Below, piece after piece: positions 46,954 to 56,421 of a stretch of DNA of 64,000 bases; position 1 is the stretch's first letter; every line of letters begins with the position of its first letter. Made by a program: the position numbers and the translations under genes. The notes beneath the pieces are model-generated. The model was not told the DNA's origin. It was given only the letters and a program-made list of their open reading frames with translations, and made no database searches. The DNA comes from Pseudomonadota bacterium (GTDB taxonomy: Bacteria; Pseudomonadota; Alphaproteobacteria; Rhodobacterales; Rhodobacteraceae): NCBI GenBank assembly GCA_039817595.1, contig JBCBVL010000003.1:459337-523336 (forward strand), given 5' to 3'.

Positions 46954-48039
46954 ATGTTCGAAAATACCACAAAGATCATGTGTGTCGCGATCTGTTGCGC
47001 GCCGTTGCCCGCCCTGTCGCAAGACCAAACGGATATGTCCTATCCGCGTGTAACCGGGGATATCATCATCAGACTGGGCTATAATGGCGACTACAGGTCA
47101 GATGCCCCTCTGATTGAGGCGGATGACACATTTATCGATGTCATTGCCAGCCCTGTCATTCACTTCTCAGACAGGTTTCGCTTTATCACCGAAACGCGGG
47201 TGGAAACGATCATGCCCCCCGATACAGACCGCGCGTTTGAGGACGAAGGCTATTTCTCGCGTATTCTGTTGGCAGAGTACTCATTCACTGAACGTTTGTC
47301 GGTGCATGCCGGGAAAATGACCCCGTCCTTTGCGCTGGCATCGTTTGTAACGCCGGGCATGTATGGCAACAGTTACAATCGAGAAATTGAGCTGATTGAA
47401 CGCATCGGTGTTGGTGGCGCCTATGTGTTTGGCGGGTCGTCAAGAGGGCGCCACACTCTGACCTTCAATACCTTTTTCGACGACACAACCGTGTTTTCAG
47501 AATCCTTGGGCAACAATCGCGGTCGAAAGACCCGGTCAGATGGCGGGGCCAGTAATACAGAGGCGTTGGAGTCGTTCACGCTGTCTCTTGAAGGGCGTGA
47601 CATGGACCGGTTTCCCGGCCTTACATACAAAATCGGTTTGATCCACCAAGCCCGGGGCGTGGACGGCGTCGCAGACGAGCAAGGCATTTCCCTGTCACTT
47701 CTGCAAACCTACCAGACACCGGGCGGCACGAATTGGACCCTAATTGGGGAACTTGCGTCTTTGGAGAACTTTGATGGCACAGCAGATGACATTGTCTATG
47801 CCAGCGCGGGGGTCGTTTACAACAAAGGGCCATGGACCGCCATTCTATCCGGAACCTACCGCCCTCGGTATGTCGCGGACGACGAAAACTTTGACGACTA
47901 CACAATTCAGACATCCCTGGAATACGACCTGGGCCAAGGGTTCTCCTTTGCTGTCGCGCATGAATTCAACCGCGATGAGAACGCGGATAACAGGCGTCTT
48001 GGGCTACGGTTGTCCAAGGTGATTGAGTTGGGAGGGTAG
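46954..48039 (+). CDS. Putative outer-membrane beta-barrel (porin-like) protein
   Basis: Signal-like MFENTTKIMCVAICCAPLPALSQ. It has many short amphipathic strands (RFITETRVETI, ILLAEYSFTERLSVHAG, HTLTFNTFF, LTYKIGLIHQ, WTAILSGTYRPRY, YTIQTSLEYDL, FSFAVAHEF). There is no terminal Phe, so the call is tentative. Confidence 0.45.
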   Translation: MFENTTKIMCVAICCAPLPALSQDQTDMSYPRVTGDIIIRLGYNGDYRSDAPLIEADDTFIDVIASPVIHFSDRFRFITETRVETIMPPDTDRAFEDEGYFSRILLAEYSFTERLSVHAGKMTPSFALASFVTPGMYGNSYNREIELIERIGVGGAYVFGGSSRGRHTLTFNTFFDDTTVFSESLGNNRGRKTRSDGGASNTEALESFTLSLEGRDMDRFPGLTYKIGLIHQARGVDGVADEQGISLSLLQTYQTPGGTNWTLIGELASLENFDGTADDIVYASAGVVYNKGPWTAILSGTYRPRYVADDENFDDYTIQTSLEYDLGQGFSFAVAHEFNRDENADNRRLGLRLSKVIELGG

Positions 48040-48052
48040 TCGGCTCTGGTTC

Positions 48053-48823
48053 CTAGGAGGGCGGCGTGCGCTCTCGCTGGGCCATCCAAGCGGCAGCCGT
48101 CGGCACCACAGACCATGCAACCAGCAGCAAAAAATAGATGTATTCTGGAAAGAGCATCCACCAATTGGCGGCGATCAGCCCGAAAATCATGATGATATGT
48201 CCTGTGATCGCCCAAGCGATGCTCCAAGATACCTGCGCCTTGCTGGCGAGCCCGTCTTGCAAAAGCGCCCGATAGGCCCAAACGGACAGTGGTAAAAAAA
48301 GCACCACAGATGTGACCAGGCCGGGGTTGTACGCCCCTGCGATGATAGACGATCCTAAGTGGCTGATCCCATTGACGAAAGCGATAGCGACCATCGCCAG
48401 CACCGGAAAAACAAAAACAGCGCCGCGCCATATTGCCAGCGCAGCGACGAGCCAAACCAGCGACGTGTTGATCACAAAAACGGATGCGCGCGTCAGGATG
48501 TCCGGTAGGTTGCCAGGGTCAGCTTCTATCCCAAGAGCTCCGGCAATAAGCGCATTGACTGCGCCCTGAAATGCGTAGTTGCGACCATAAAGATCAATCC
48601 AATGCTCCTCAAATTGATGGCCGATATAGGCGACAAACATGGCCAACGCGATGAATTGAGGGGATCTGTCAGTTCTGTTCTGGTTGAACGAGAGGGCGAT
48701 CAACACAAGAAAAGGCGCCATGAAAGTGCCGATCTTCATCCAATGAAGCAACAAAAAGTCATGCTGGCCGAAAGGCAGCCAAAGCATCGCAAACGCCAAG
48801 AAAAAAATCACTGCCTTTAACAT
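48053..48823 (-). CDS. HXXEE-domain integral membrane protein
   Basis: Polytopic membrane ORF containing the eponymous motif (YIGHQFEEHWIDLYG). Confidence 0.7.
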   Translation of the reverse strand: MLKAVIFFLAFAMLWLPFGQHDFLLLHWMKIGTFMAPFLVLIALSFNQNRTDRSPQFIALAMFVAYIGHQFEEHWIDLYGRNYAFQGAVNALIAGALGIEADPGNLPDILTRASVFVINTSLVWLVAALAIWRGAVFVFPVLAMVAIAFVNGISHLGSSIIAGAYNPGLVTSVVLFLPLSVWAYRALLQDGLASKAQVSWSIAWAITGHIIMIFGLIAANWWMLFPEYIYFLLLVAWSVVPTAAAWMAQRERTPPS

Positions 48824-49448
48824 GGGTCTAGGTCCGAAACTGAAACGCGCACGTGCGACTCAGAGGCACAAATGCCGTGCCGCGTAGACGTTTTCGGCGG
48901 CAATCCGAAATAGCGTTGTCGTATTCGGCCTCGTTTTGCATAGGTCGTTGCGCACTTCCAATGTTCGCGGTCAAATTAAAATCGGTTCTACAGGTCGCAT
49001 GTCGAGGCCCAGTCAAAACCCGCGCGGCGTTGGATAGGATCGGTTTAACTCTTTGTGACCAGTCTTCGTCAAAAGGCTAAACGGTTAAAGACGCAAATTC
49101 TCGCACTCGATGCGAATTGATTGGTGCATAAATGGTCAGCAAAGCTGCGTAGGCGGGCAAAGCGTTCTATCGGACCGCAACGTCTGAGTTTGGTCTTTCC
49201 GAGATTGCGCAATCGCAGCGAGGCGGCTCCGCGGGCTGCGGCTGCGGCATCCGTGGGTGGCTCCTGCATTGCAAGTGTTTTCTGGTGATTTCTGCGGTTG
49301 TTTTCGTCAGTACCGTCGTCTGTCCGGCCTGTTTGTATTTTGGCATTGCCACCACAGGCCCGGATGAGTTCCGCAAGCGAGGTTCCAATCGGCTTATCGA
49401 CCTCTGAGGGCCGCTGCCATTCCCGGAGTGTCCTTGCTCTTGGTTGAT

Positions 49449-49615
49449 TTACTTCCGCATCATCACTTCAACGTCGTGCATTTTGTCGGCGATGAACTTT
49501 GCGGTCCAGAGATCGACCTTTTCGGGCAAACGCTTCGCCATCACTGCGCGAGACGTCATGCCCACGACCAACAGTTGGCGAATGTAACGATCACCCTGCT
49601 CGGTGATCTGACCAA
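49449..49615 (-). pseudogene. C-terminal fragment of an IS110-family transposase
   Basis: FGQITEQGDRYIRQLLVVGMTSRAVMAKRLPEKVDLWTAKFIADKMH parallels the ..RISKTGDQNVRATLYAAANAL.. segment of the 30806 ORF. The 5-prime portion is missing, and the fragment abuts the truncated orf370 copy at about 49616. Confidence 0.5.
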
Positions 49616-49616
49616 A

Positions 49617-51061
49617 AGGCCAAAACTTCCTTTGTCGTCCGGAACAAAATAGAGCCACAGTCCTTACTCATGCCTGGCGTGCAGCTCAGACCAAAGCATT
49701 TGTCTGATCTGATACTTTGCCATCGCATAAGGCTTCAACACTTTCGCGAGGTAGTTGGAACTCAAGTGCTCTCGGTCAACAATTGGAAGGTCGGGTGCTA
49801 GTAGCGTCGCTGCAAAGAGGTCATCAGAATTTAAGCGCTCTTCCTGATATGTACGGCCGATCGCTACATCCTCATCTAGGTCGCGCCATCTTTTGAACAG
49901 GTTGCGCATCTGTCTTCGTATCTTGATGCCGCCACGCTGACGTTCCTGCCCCTGTTTGGATTGCACAATGACTGTAAACCCAAACGCAGTCTATTCCTGC
50001 ATCATCGTAGCCGTACTGGAGTCTTCCTTGCGGACGTAGCAGGTCTGCGACCCGCGCCTAAGGAAACATCCGCGCTTTGCGCTTCCAACAAGTCCTGATG
50101 CTCGCCGGGCAATGTGTCACTTTCTCGTGTCACAACCTTCGGTGCAACCTGATTGAATGGTTTGGCGAAGCCGCGTTTGCAGCTCATCGCATATGGTCTT
50201 CATCGGATCTTTCAAAATCGTCCAGTTAGGCGTGTAGACCTTTGACCCATGATCGAAAGCGGCGTGTGATTGAGCAAGCGTCCGACGACGTCTTCAAACC
50301 CCACGATCGCCACAGTCGGGGACTAAGGAAGGTCGTGGATGCGACGAGCGTGGTTCCAGACCGTCCTGAAATACTTGAACACATGGTTGGCTCCTGACGG
50401 CGTGCTCCGCATCGCCTGATGTGCCTCGACAACCATCGCCTTGCAGATCTCGTCGAGCCTAATGTCCAGCCAGTGTTTTATATGGAGCTCGAACTATTGT
50501 CGCACGGATTGGCGATGCGTGTCGGAGCGCAGCTTTGGTCTCGCGAGATAGGCCTCCATCGCGGCCCTTAATGTAGGGGCGCCGATCTGGAGCGACTTGC
50601 CTGCCCCACGCGACCAATCGAGTGCAAAGCTCAGAGCGGTTTGCCGTGCCACATCAGCTGTGATGACGGGGTATCTGCCGATCAGTTCTCGTCGTGTGCG
50701 CCCGCCCACATCTTTCTGAAAGTACCAGGTCTTGGCTGTCTTCCCGACGAAGAGGACCAGGCCCTTTACCTCTGGGTCCCAGTATTTTGCAGTGCCTTTT
50801 TTGGCCTGCGGCAGCCGCTTGACGAAGGTCTCTGTAAGTCTGGGCCTTTGTCAGTATTTTGTCGGACACAAAGCGAACCTGTATGTAGATTGGCGTCACT
50901 AACCGTATCTAATAATGTAATCAAAGCAGGCCTATCGTAGTTTCACGTCGTCTGACGTAACCTATCAAACGTGCCTAAAAGGCGGAGGTCTTAGCACTAC
51001 ACAACGACCGCATCCCGGCTGCACGCGCATGTCATTGCCTCGCGAAGGTCAAGCTAGAGCC
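49617..51061 (-). pseudogene. Copy B of the direct repeat: decayed orf370 fragment plus an integrase remnant lacking its catalytic core
   Basis: Track ORFs 49664..49966 (..NLFKRWRDLDEDVAIGRTYQEERLNSDDLFAATLLAPDLP..) and 50494..50709 (MGGRTRRELIGRYPVITADVARQTAL..) are near-identical to copy A proteins. Relative to copy A there is a 74-bp deletion (A 28691-28764) and a roughly 0.39-kb deletion (A about 29021-29408), plus an extra TAG within ...SVRQ*FELHIKHW. Confidence 0.8.
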
Positions 51062-51401
51062 AGTGAAGATCGCCCAAGACGTCGCCCAGTACGCACTTGC
51101 CCAAATTGCTGAGGCAACGGGGCAGGGGGCCAAAAGCGCCCTAACGTGTAACAAGATCCAATAGAACGGCGCGCCTGACCACGTGTCGTTGTTTTTTTTG
51201 GCAAAACGCGCCACGCAATCGCTCCAAGGTCAAAGACGGACGTCCCACAAAAATTGGGCCTGTAAGGGGGCCAAATGGGCCCTCACGCATTTCGGGGCTA
51301 TCCGCTTTGGCATGTTGTTTGTACAAAAGTGTCATACACTGTTATCGCGCGTGCCGAACGCGCTGGTCTTTCAAGCCAGCACCAATTGTGAGTGAATAGA
51401 G

Positions 51402-52820
51402 ATGAGCACCGGAAAGAACGCGGTCTTCACAACGGGCAGCATCATGCGCCATGTGACCGTCTCATCTTTTACTTCCAGCATTGGCCTCATGGCGATCTAC
51501 GCCGTTGACCTGATCGACCTCATCTTCATTTCCATGCTTGGCTACGAAGAGATGGCCGCGGCTGCAGGTTATGCCAGTGCGCTGATGTTTTTCACCAGTG
51601 CGATCAATATTGGCCTGTCAGTTGCAGCAAGCGTTCTGATATCACGCTCCATCGGCGAAGATGATGAACTAGAAGCCCGCGAATATGCCACCTCCACCGC
51701 CATGCTGGTCATGCTCACGGGGCTCGCCATACCCCTGATCCTTTTGATCAACATCGAATTTTTCGTGGGTCTTTTGGGCGCCACCGGGAAGGTCGCGGAA
51801 CTGGCGGCGAGCTATCTTTGGATTGTGATCCCATTCACCTTTCTGTCGGGCCTGTCCATGGTCACGGTCTCGGCCCTGCGCTGCTACGGTGAAAATCGGT
51901 TGGCCATGTATCCATCGCTTCTGGGCGCGCTGACCAATGCGGTGCTGGATCCGATCTTCATTTTCGCGCTGGGCATGGGGCTGCAAGGCGCGGCCTGGGC
52001 CACGGTTGTCGCGCGGATCGTGACGCTGGTATGCGCGATGTATCCTGCGCTGCGCCGTCACAATGCGTTTGTTCCCCCGCGTCTGAGATTGCTGTGGCGT
52101 GATTTCCAAACCGTCACCCATTTCGCCAGCCGCGCGGTTTTGGCCAATGTGGCGACGCCCATTGGCACCGCTGTTGTGACCCGAGAGATGTCAAAATTCG
52201 GGCCTGAGGCGGTGGCGGGTATGGCGGTGATCGGGCGCATGACACCGGTGGCCTTTTCCGTGATCTGGGCGCTTTCTGGCGCGATTGGCCCGATCATTGG
52301 TCAGAATTTTGGGGCCGGTGACATGGATCGGGTCAAGCGTGCCTATATCGATGCGCTCAAATTCGTGGCGATTTACGTGCTCGCGGTGACGCTCATTCTG
52401 TTTGTTTTCCGCGGCCCCATCGCGGATTTGTTCAACGCTGAGAACCTCACACAATCCTTGATTTATCTCTATTGCTTCCCCTTGGCTCTGGCTTCGTTTT
52501 TCAGCGGCTCTGTGTTTGTTGCCAGCGCGTCGTTCAACACGTTGGGCCGCCCGTCCTATTCAACTTGGCTTAGCTGGGGGCAAAATACCTTGGGCACGTG
52601 GCCTTTTGTGGTCGCAGGCGGGATGATTTTGGGCGCGCCGGGGGTGCTCATCGGACAAGCGCTCGGAAGCATCGTGTTTGCCTCTGTTGCCATTTGGCTG
52701 GGCTGGCGTTTGATCAAAAACCCGCCGGACAACAGTATGCGGCTGCGCCATCACCATCCGCTCTTTGGCCATGGCAGCATGATCGCCTACACCCTGAACA
52801 AACACGTGGAAAACGATTAA
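51402..52820 (+). CDS. MATE-family efflux transporter
   Basis: 472 aa with about 12 TM helices in two homologous halves. The N-terminal segment ...IMRHVTVSSFTSSIGLMAIYAVDLIDLIFISMLG is typical of MATE/NorM-like proteins. Confidence 0.85.
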   Translation: MSTGKNAVFTTGSIMRHVTVSSFTSSIGLMAIYAVDLIDLIFISMLGYEEMAAAAGYASALMFFTSAINIGLSVAASVLISRSIGEDDELEAREYATSTAMLVMLTGLAIPLILLINIEFFVGLLGATGKVAELAASYLWIVIPFTFLSGLSMVTVSALRCYGENRLAMYPSLLGALTNAVLDPIFIFALGMGLQGAAWATVVARIVTLVCAMYPALRRHNAFVPPRLRLLWRDFQTVTHFASRAVLANVATPIGTAVVTREMSKFGPEAVAGMAVIGRMTPVAFSVIWALSGAIGPIIGQNFGAGDMDRVKRAYIDALKFVAIYVLAVTLILFVFRGPIADLFNAENLTQSLIYLYCFPLALASFFSGSVFVASASFNTLGRPSYSTWLSWGQNTLGTWPFVVAGGMILGAPGVLIGQALGSIVFASVAIWLGWRLIKNPPDNSMRLRHHHPLFGHGSMIAYTLNKHVEND

Positions 52821-53075
52821 CGCGCAACATGGCAAAGGCAAGAGCGCTGGTCATAAGCCCGCACCGCTGCAAGACCGGTGTTTCTGATTGAGTAACCCAT
52901 CTCGTGATAATTTGGCCACGAAAGCCATCGCGCGCCGAAATCGAAGCCTCACGCTCATGCAATTCCAGTTTGTTCAAACACGCCTGACCTGTACATTCCC
53001 GTTCAATAGGCCGCATCGCGCTGCCCTGTTAACAATTAGATCGTTCGTTCGATGGGCTCTTTGGGGGAAAAGCCA

Positions 53076-53708
53076 ATGGAATTCGTGACTGCGCACCATT
53101 TGATTGAGGCCGTTGGCTGGATCGCTGTTCTGTTCAAGATCGCGACCTTTTCCATGAATGCAATCATACCACTGCGGCTGTTGGTACTGGCCTCTTCTGT
53201 TTGTTTCATCGTCTACAGTTTTGTGCTTCAGATTTGGCCGCTTTTGGCGATTGAGGTGATCTTGCTGGTCATGAACGCCTACCGCCTTTACCAGATCGTC
53301 GCCCTGCGGCGCTTGGTGACGCATATGACAGATGACTCAGAGCCCGATTTCTCTGCTGCAATGGCCTATGGCAAAAAACGCGAGATCGCAGCGGGCGATG
53401 TCATCTTTTCCAAGGGCGACGCCGTCGACAGCCTCTATTACCTCGCCGAAGGCTTGGTTGAAATCGAAGGCCAGAATGCAACTGTATCGCCCGGCAAGAT
53501 TTTCGGTGAGATGGCCTTTTTCAACAGCAGTGCTGAGCGGTCGGCCACGGTGCGATGCGTGGAGGACACGGTCGTCTATGAACTCAATGAAAAGCGCTTC
53601 ACGCGGCTACAGTACGAAGATCCAAAATTCGCTATGTCGGTTATGCGTTTGGTGACCAAACGGTTGGTGGCGAACGCATCACAATCGCAAGACGCGCACC
53701 CCGCATAA
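53076..53708 (+). CDS. Membrane-anchored cyclic-nucleotide-binding-domain protein
   Basis: About 3 N-terminal TM helices, then a cNMP-binding fold (GDVIFSKGDAVDSLYYLAEGLVEIEG...IFGEMAFFNSSAERSATVRCVEDTVVYEL). No DNA-binding domain. The ATG at 53076 is preferred because GGGGGA lies upstream. Confidence 0.75.
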   Translation: MEFVTAHHLIEAVGWIAVLFKIATFSMNAIIPLRLLVLASSVCFIVYSFVLQIWPLLAIEVILLVMNAYRLYQIVALRRLVTHMTDDSEPDFSAAMAYGKKREIAAGDVIFSKGDAVDSLYYLAEGLVEIEGQNATVSPGKIFGEMAFFNSSAERSATVRCVEDTVVYELNEKRFTRLQYEDPKFAMSVMRLVTKRLVANASQSQDAHPA

Positions 53709-53940
53709 ACCTGTTCCCCCCGCTCTTTCGCCTCAGATCGTTTTTGGGACACTCCCGGAAACGAAAAAGAAATAATTTTGCGCGACAACGCTGTAGCGCG
53801 GGCCTCTGCCCGTTTTGCTGCGCCCCGCTTTCGTTGACAAAGGAGAGCCAAAAGGCCCGTTAAAACCTCTGCGTCACGCTGTCGCCTCGGCAGTTTGATC
53901 TTGTGAAAACGGCCCCGCTTACCAACCGATGCAAGAACAC

Positions 53941-54297
53941 ATGTCCACGTCTTTGTTTGAAAAATACGGCGGGTTTTCCACCGTGCACCAAGTTGTTTTG
54001 ACACTCTATGATCGTTTGTTGAAGGATGAGGATGTCGGCCCGTTCTTTGATGATGTCGACTTGCCGTCCGTCATCGATCACCAAACCAAGTTTGTGTCAT
54101 CGCTCTTGGGCGGGCCGGCATCTTTTACGGATGAGCAGCTTCGCATTGCCCATCAGCATATGACGATCGAAAATCACCATTTTGATCGTTTGAAAGTTGT
54201 GGTGCATGAAGTGCTCTCGGACTTCAAAGTGGATCCGGGCGACATTGAAGTGATTGTCGATCAATTTGAGGCCCGGCGCGGCCTCATGGTTGAGTGA
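53941..54297 (+). CDS. Group-1 truncated haemoglobin (trHbN-like)
   Basis: SLFEKYGGFSTVHQVVLTLYDRLLKDEDVGPFFDDVDL...HQTKFVSSLLGGPASFTDEQLRIAHQHM matches the 2-on-2 globin pattern. The start is 53929 or 53941. Confidence 0.85.
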   Translation: MSTSLFEKYGGFSTVHQVVLTLYDRLLKDEDVGPFFDDVDLPSVIDHQTKFVSSLLGGPASFTDEQLRIAHQHMTIENHHFDRLKVVVHEVLSDFKVDPGDIEVIVDQFEARRGLMVE

Positions 54298-54503
54298 TTG
54301 GATCGCAGCGCGCTGCACGCAAACTGTCCGCCAAAGCGGTCTGTCTCCAAAACATGAGGCTACGGCTCAGCAGGATATTTGTGTCTTGGCTGTCTGTCGG
54401 GCTCAAAGTTCTGAGCCTCACACCTGACGCCTTTGTCTCTTAAAACAGGATCCAGATCCCCGGATTTGCGCGCGGTGCATGGCCGGTGGTCTTTTGCGAA
54501 ATG

Positions 54504-54517
54504 TTGATCTATCGCAA
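54504..54517. promoter_or_regulatory. FNR/Dnr-type box candidate TTGATCTATCGCAA upstream of the Crp/Fnr gene at 54655
   Basis: The left half-site is a perfect TTGAT. The right half is CGCAA rather than ATCAA. The centre is about 144 bp upstream of the ATG. Confidence 0.4.
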
Positions 54518-54654
54518 TTTATTCGGCCTTCCGCGATGCTAGGTTGGGCGTGCCTGATCGATGGGGCTACCCCTCCTCAGCGCCAGGTCCACCCCGCGAC
54601 GTACCAATCCAGCAGGGTGGGCGTTTCTTCCGATTGGATTGAAAAGGCCAGGAT

Positions 54655-55365
54655 ATGAACCGCCCGGAATCCATAGCAGCCGTGAGAGATGATGATCTTT
54701 TGTCGGCTGACATTCACAATTTGCTGCCCTTTGCAGACTTGACAGATGGTCAAGCTGAAGAGCTTCTGCGCCTTGCCACCGTTCATCGCGTTGGGCCCGA
54801 CAAGGTCTATTTTGACGAAGGTCAGACAGCGAAGAATTTCTACCTTTTGCTGGATGGCTTTCTTAAGATCGTTCGGACCACCAAAGACGGTGATCAGGTG
54901 GTTGTCTTACATATTTCGCCGGGTCAGATGTTTGGCATCGCCAAAGCCTTTGACTGCGACACGTATACAACCACGGCCCGCGCGGCCTCTCAGGGCATTG
55001 CCCTATCTTGGCCGTCTGAACTTTGGGACAAATTCATCCACGACTATCCAGGGTTCAAGACCGCCACGCGCAAGGCTGTCGGCTCCCGTGTGTGCGAGTT
55101 GCAGGACAAACTGGTCAGTATGGCGACCCAGCAGGTCGAACAGCGCATCGCCCGGGCCATTTTGCGTCTCGTTGAACAGGCGGGCAAACCGACAGAAAAC
55201 GGGGTAGAAATTGACTTCCCGCTCACGCGCCAAGACATCTCGGATATGACGGGCACCACCTTGCACTCGGTCAGCCGCTGCATGAGCAAATGGCAAAAAC
55301 GCGGCATCGTGCGAAGCCGCCGCCGCAGGGTCGTCGTGTGTCAGCCAGACGCGCTGCCGGTCTAG
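54655..55365 (+). CDS. Crp/Fnr-family transcriptional regulator (no N-terminal Cys cluster)
   Basis: cNMP-binding-like fold (VYFDEGQTAKNFYLLLDGFLKIVRTTKDGDQVVVLHISPGQMFG) plus C-terminal HTH (LTRQDISDMTGTTLHSVSRCMSKWQKRGIV). Confidence 0.85.
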   Translation: MNRPESIAAVRDDDLLSADIHNLLPFADLTDGQAEELLRLATVHRVGPDKVYFDEGQTAKNFYLLLDGFLKIVRTTKDGDQVVVLHISPGQMFGIAKAFDCDTYTTTARAASQGIALSWPSELWDKFIHDYPGFKTATRKAVGSRVCELQDKLVSMATQQVEQRIARAILRLVEQAGKPTENGVEIDFPLTRQDISDMTGTTLHSVSRCMSKWQKRGIVRSRRRRVVVCQPDALPV

Positions 55366-55475
55366 GCCTCGCCGCATGGGCAGCCCCTGAACCACGCAAA
55401 ACCACGCAGAAGCGCACGTTTTCGCTCAATTGCGACGTTTTGTCAGAAACGCATCGCGATCCGGCTGCGTTTTGC

Positions 55476-55489
55476 TTGCGAAATTGCAA
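55476..55489. promoter_or_regulatory. Degenerate FNR-like dyad TTGCGAAATTGCAA upstream of fnrL
   Basis: TTGC-N6-GCAA symmetry read directly. The centre is about 183 bp upstream of the fnrL ATG. Confidence 0.3.
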
Positions 55490-55665
55490 AGAAATCCAGC
55501 GCGCCGCCAGTATAGTTGTGTCTACGGGAGTACACAAAAACATGAGATACCAACGCCCTTCTTGCGTGTCCATTGGGGTGGAAAACACTCAATGCGAATT
55601 GGCTGTGCACCGCGCGCGGTGTGTGAGCATCACATACAAAATCCCCACCGTTTGGCGCGCTTTTT

Positions 55666-56409
55666 ATGAGTGAGCATTCGATCTCTCAAATGATCAGCGA
55701 CACGCAAGAGCCTGAGCTCTGTGCAACATGCACCATACGCCACAGCAGTTTATGCGGTGCTCTGTCCAGCACGGAAATCAATGATCTCAACACCATTGCA
55801 CGCCGCAAAAAGCTTTCCCCGGGTCAGCCGCATGTGATGGAGGGGGACGCATCCCGCGATTTTGCCAATGTCACCTCGGGCGTGGCCAAGCTGGTGCGTG
55901 GAGCCGAAGATGGGCGCAGTCAGATCGTCGGTCTGCTGTTTCCATCCGATTTCATTTACGGGTCCTTGGACGCATCAAAGCCCAAATCTGCGCCTCACTC
56001 CGTGGAGGCCATTACTGCGCTTGAGTTGTGCGTTTTCCCGCGCCTGCAGTTCGAAGAGCTGCTGCACGACCACCCGTCACTTGAATTCAAACTGCTCAAC
56101 CGAACGCTTGATGAGTTGCAGATCGCGCGCGAATGGATGGTGCTTTTGGGGCGAAAGACTGCAGAAGAGCGGGTCGCCAGCTTCTTTGTCTATGTGACAC
56201 AAAAGATGAAAAACCTGGGCTGCAAAGGGCAAACCAGCTTCGATCTGCCGCTCGGGCGCGCCGATATCGCAGACTACATTGGCCTGACGCTAGAAACCGT
56301 CAGCCGCCAAATCACGCGTTTGAAAAATGACGGCGTGATCGCCTTTGAGGGGACCAAAACTCTGGTCCATGTCGATGAAGAAGAGCTCAAGCGGCGCGCC
56401 GGCTTTTGA
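55666..56409 (+). CDS. fnrL: FNR-type oxygen-responsive regulator (FnrL)
   Basis: N-terminal Cys cluster CATCTIRHSSLC, suitable for an Fe-S sensor. The HTH carries the E--SR recognition motif (GLTLETVSRQITRLKNDGVI). It lies next to the cco cluster, as in Rhodobacter-type genomes. Confidence 0.85.
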   Translation: MSEHSISQMISDTQEPELCATCTIRHSSLCGALSSTEINDLNTIARRKKLSPGQPHVMEGDASRDFANVTSGVAKLVRGAEDGRSQIVGLLFPSDFIYGSLDASKPKSAPHSVEAITALELCVFPRLQFEELLHDHPSLEFKLLNRTLDELQIAREWMVLLGRKTAEERVASFFVYVTQKMKNLGCKGQTSFDLPLGRADIADYIGLTLETVSRQITRLKNDGVIAFEGTKTLVHVDEEELKRRAGF

Positions 56410-56421
56410 ATTGCATGTCGC

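Noticed and set aside
53880-53900. TTGATCTTGTGAAA upstream of the truncated haemoglobin gene as an FNR box
   Set aside because: Only the left half-site matches. The right half (TGAAA versus ATCAA) is too divergent.
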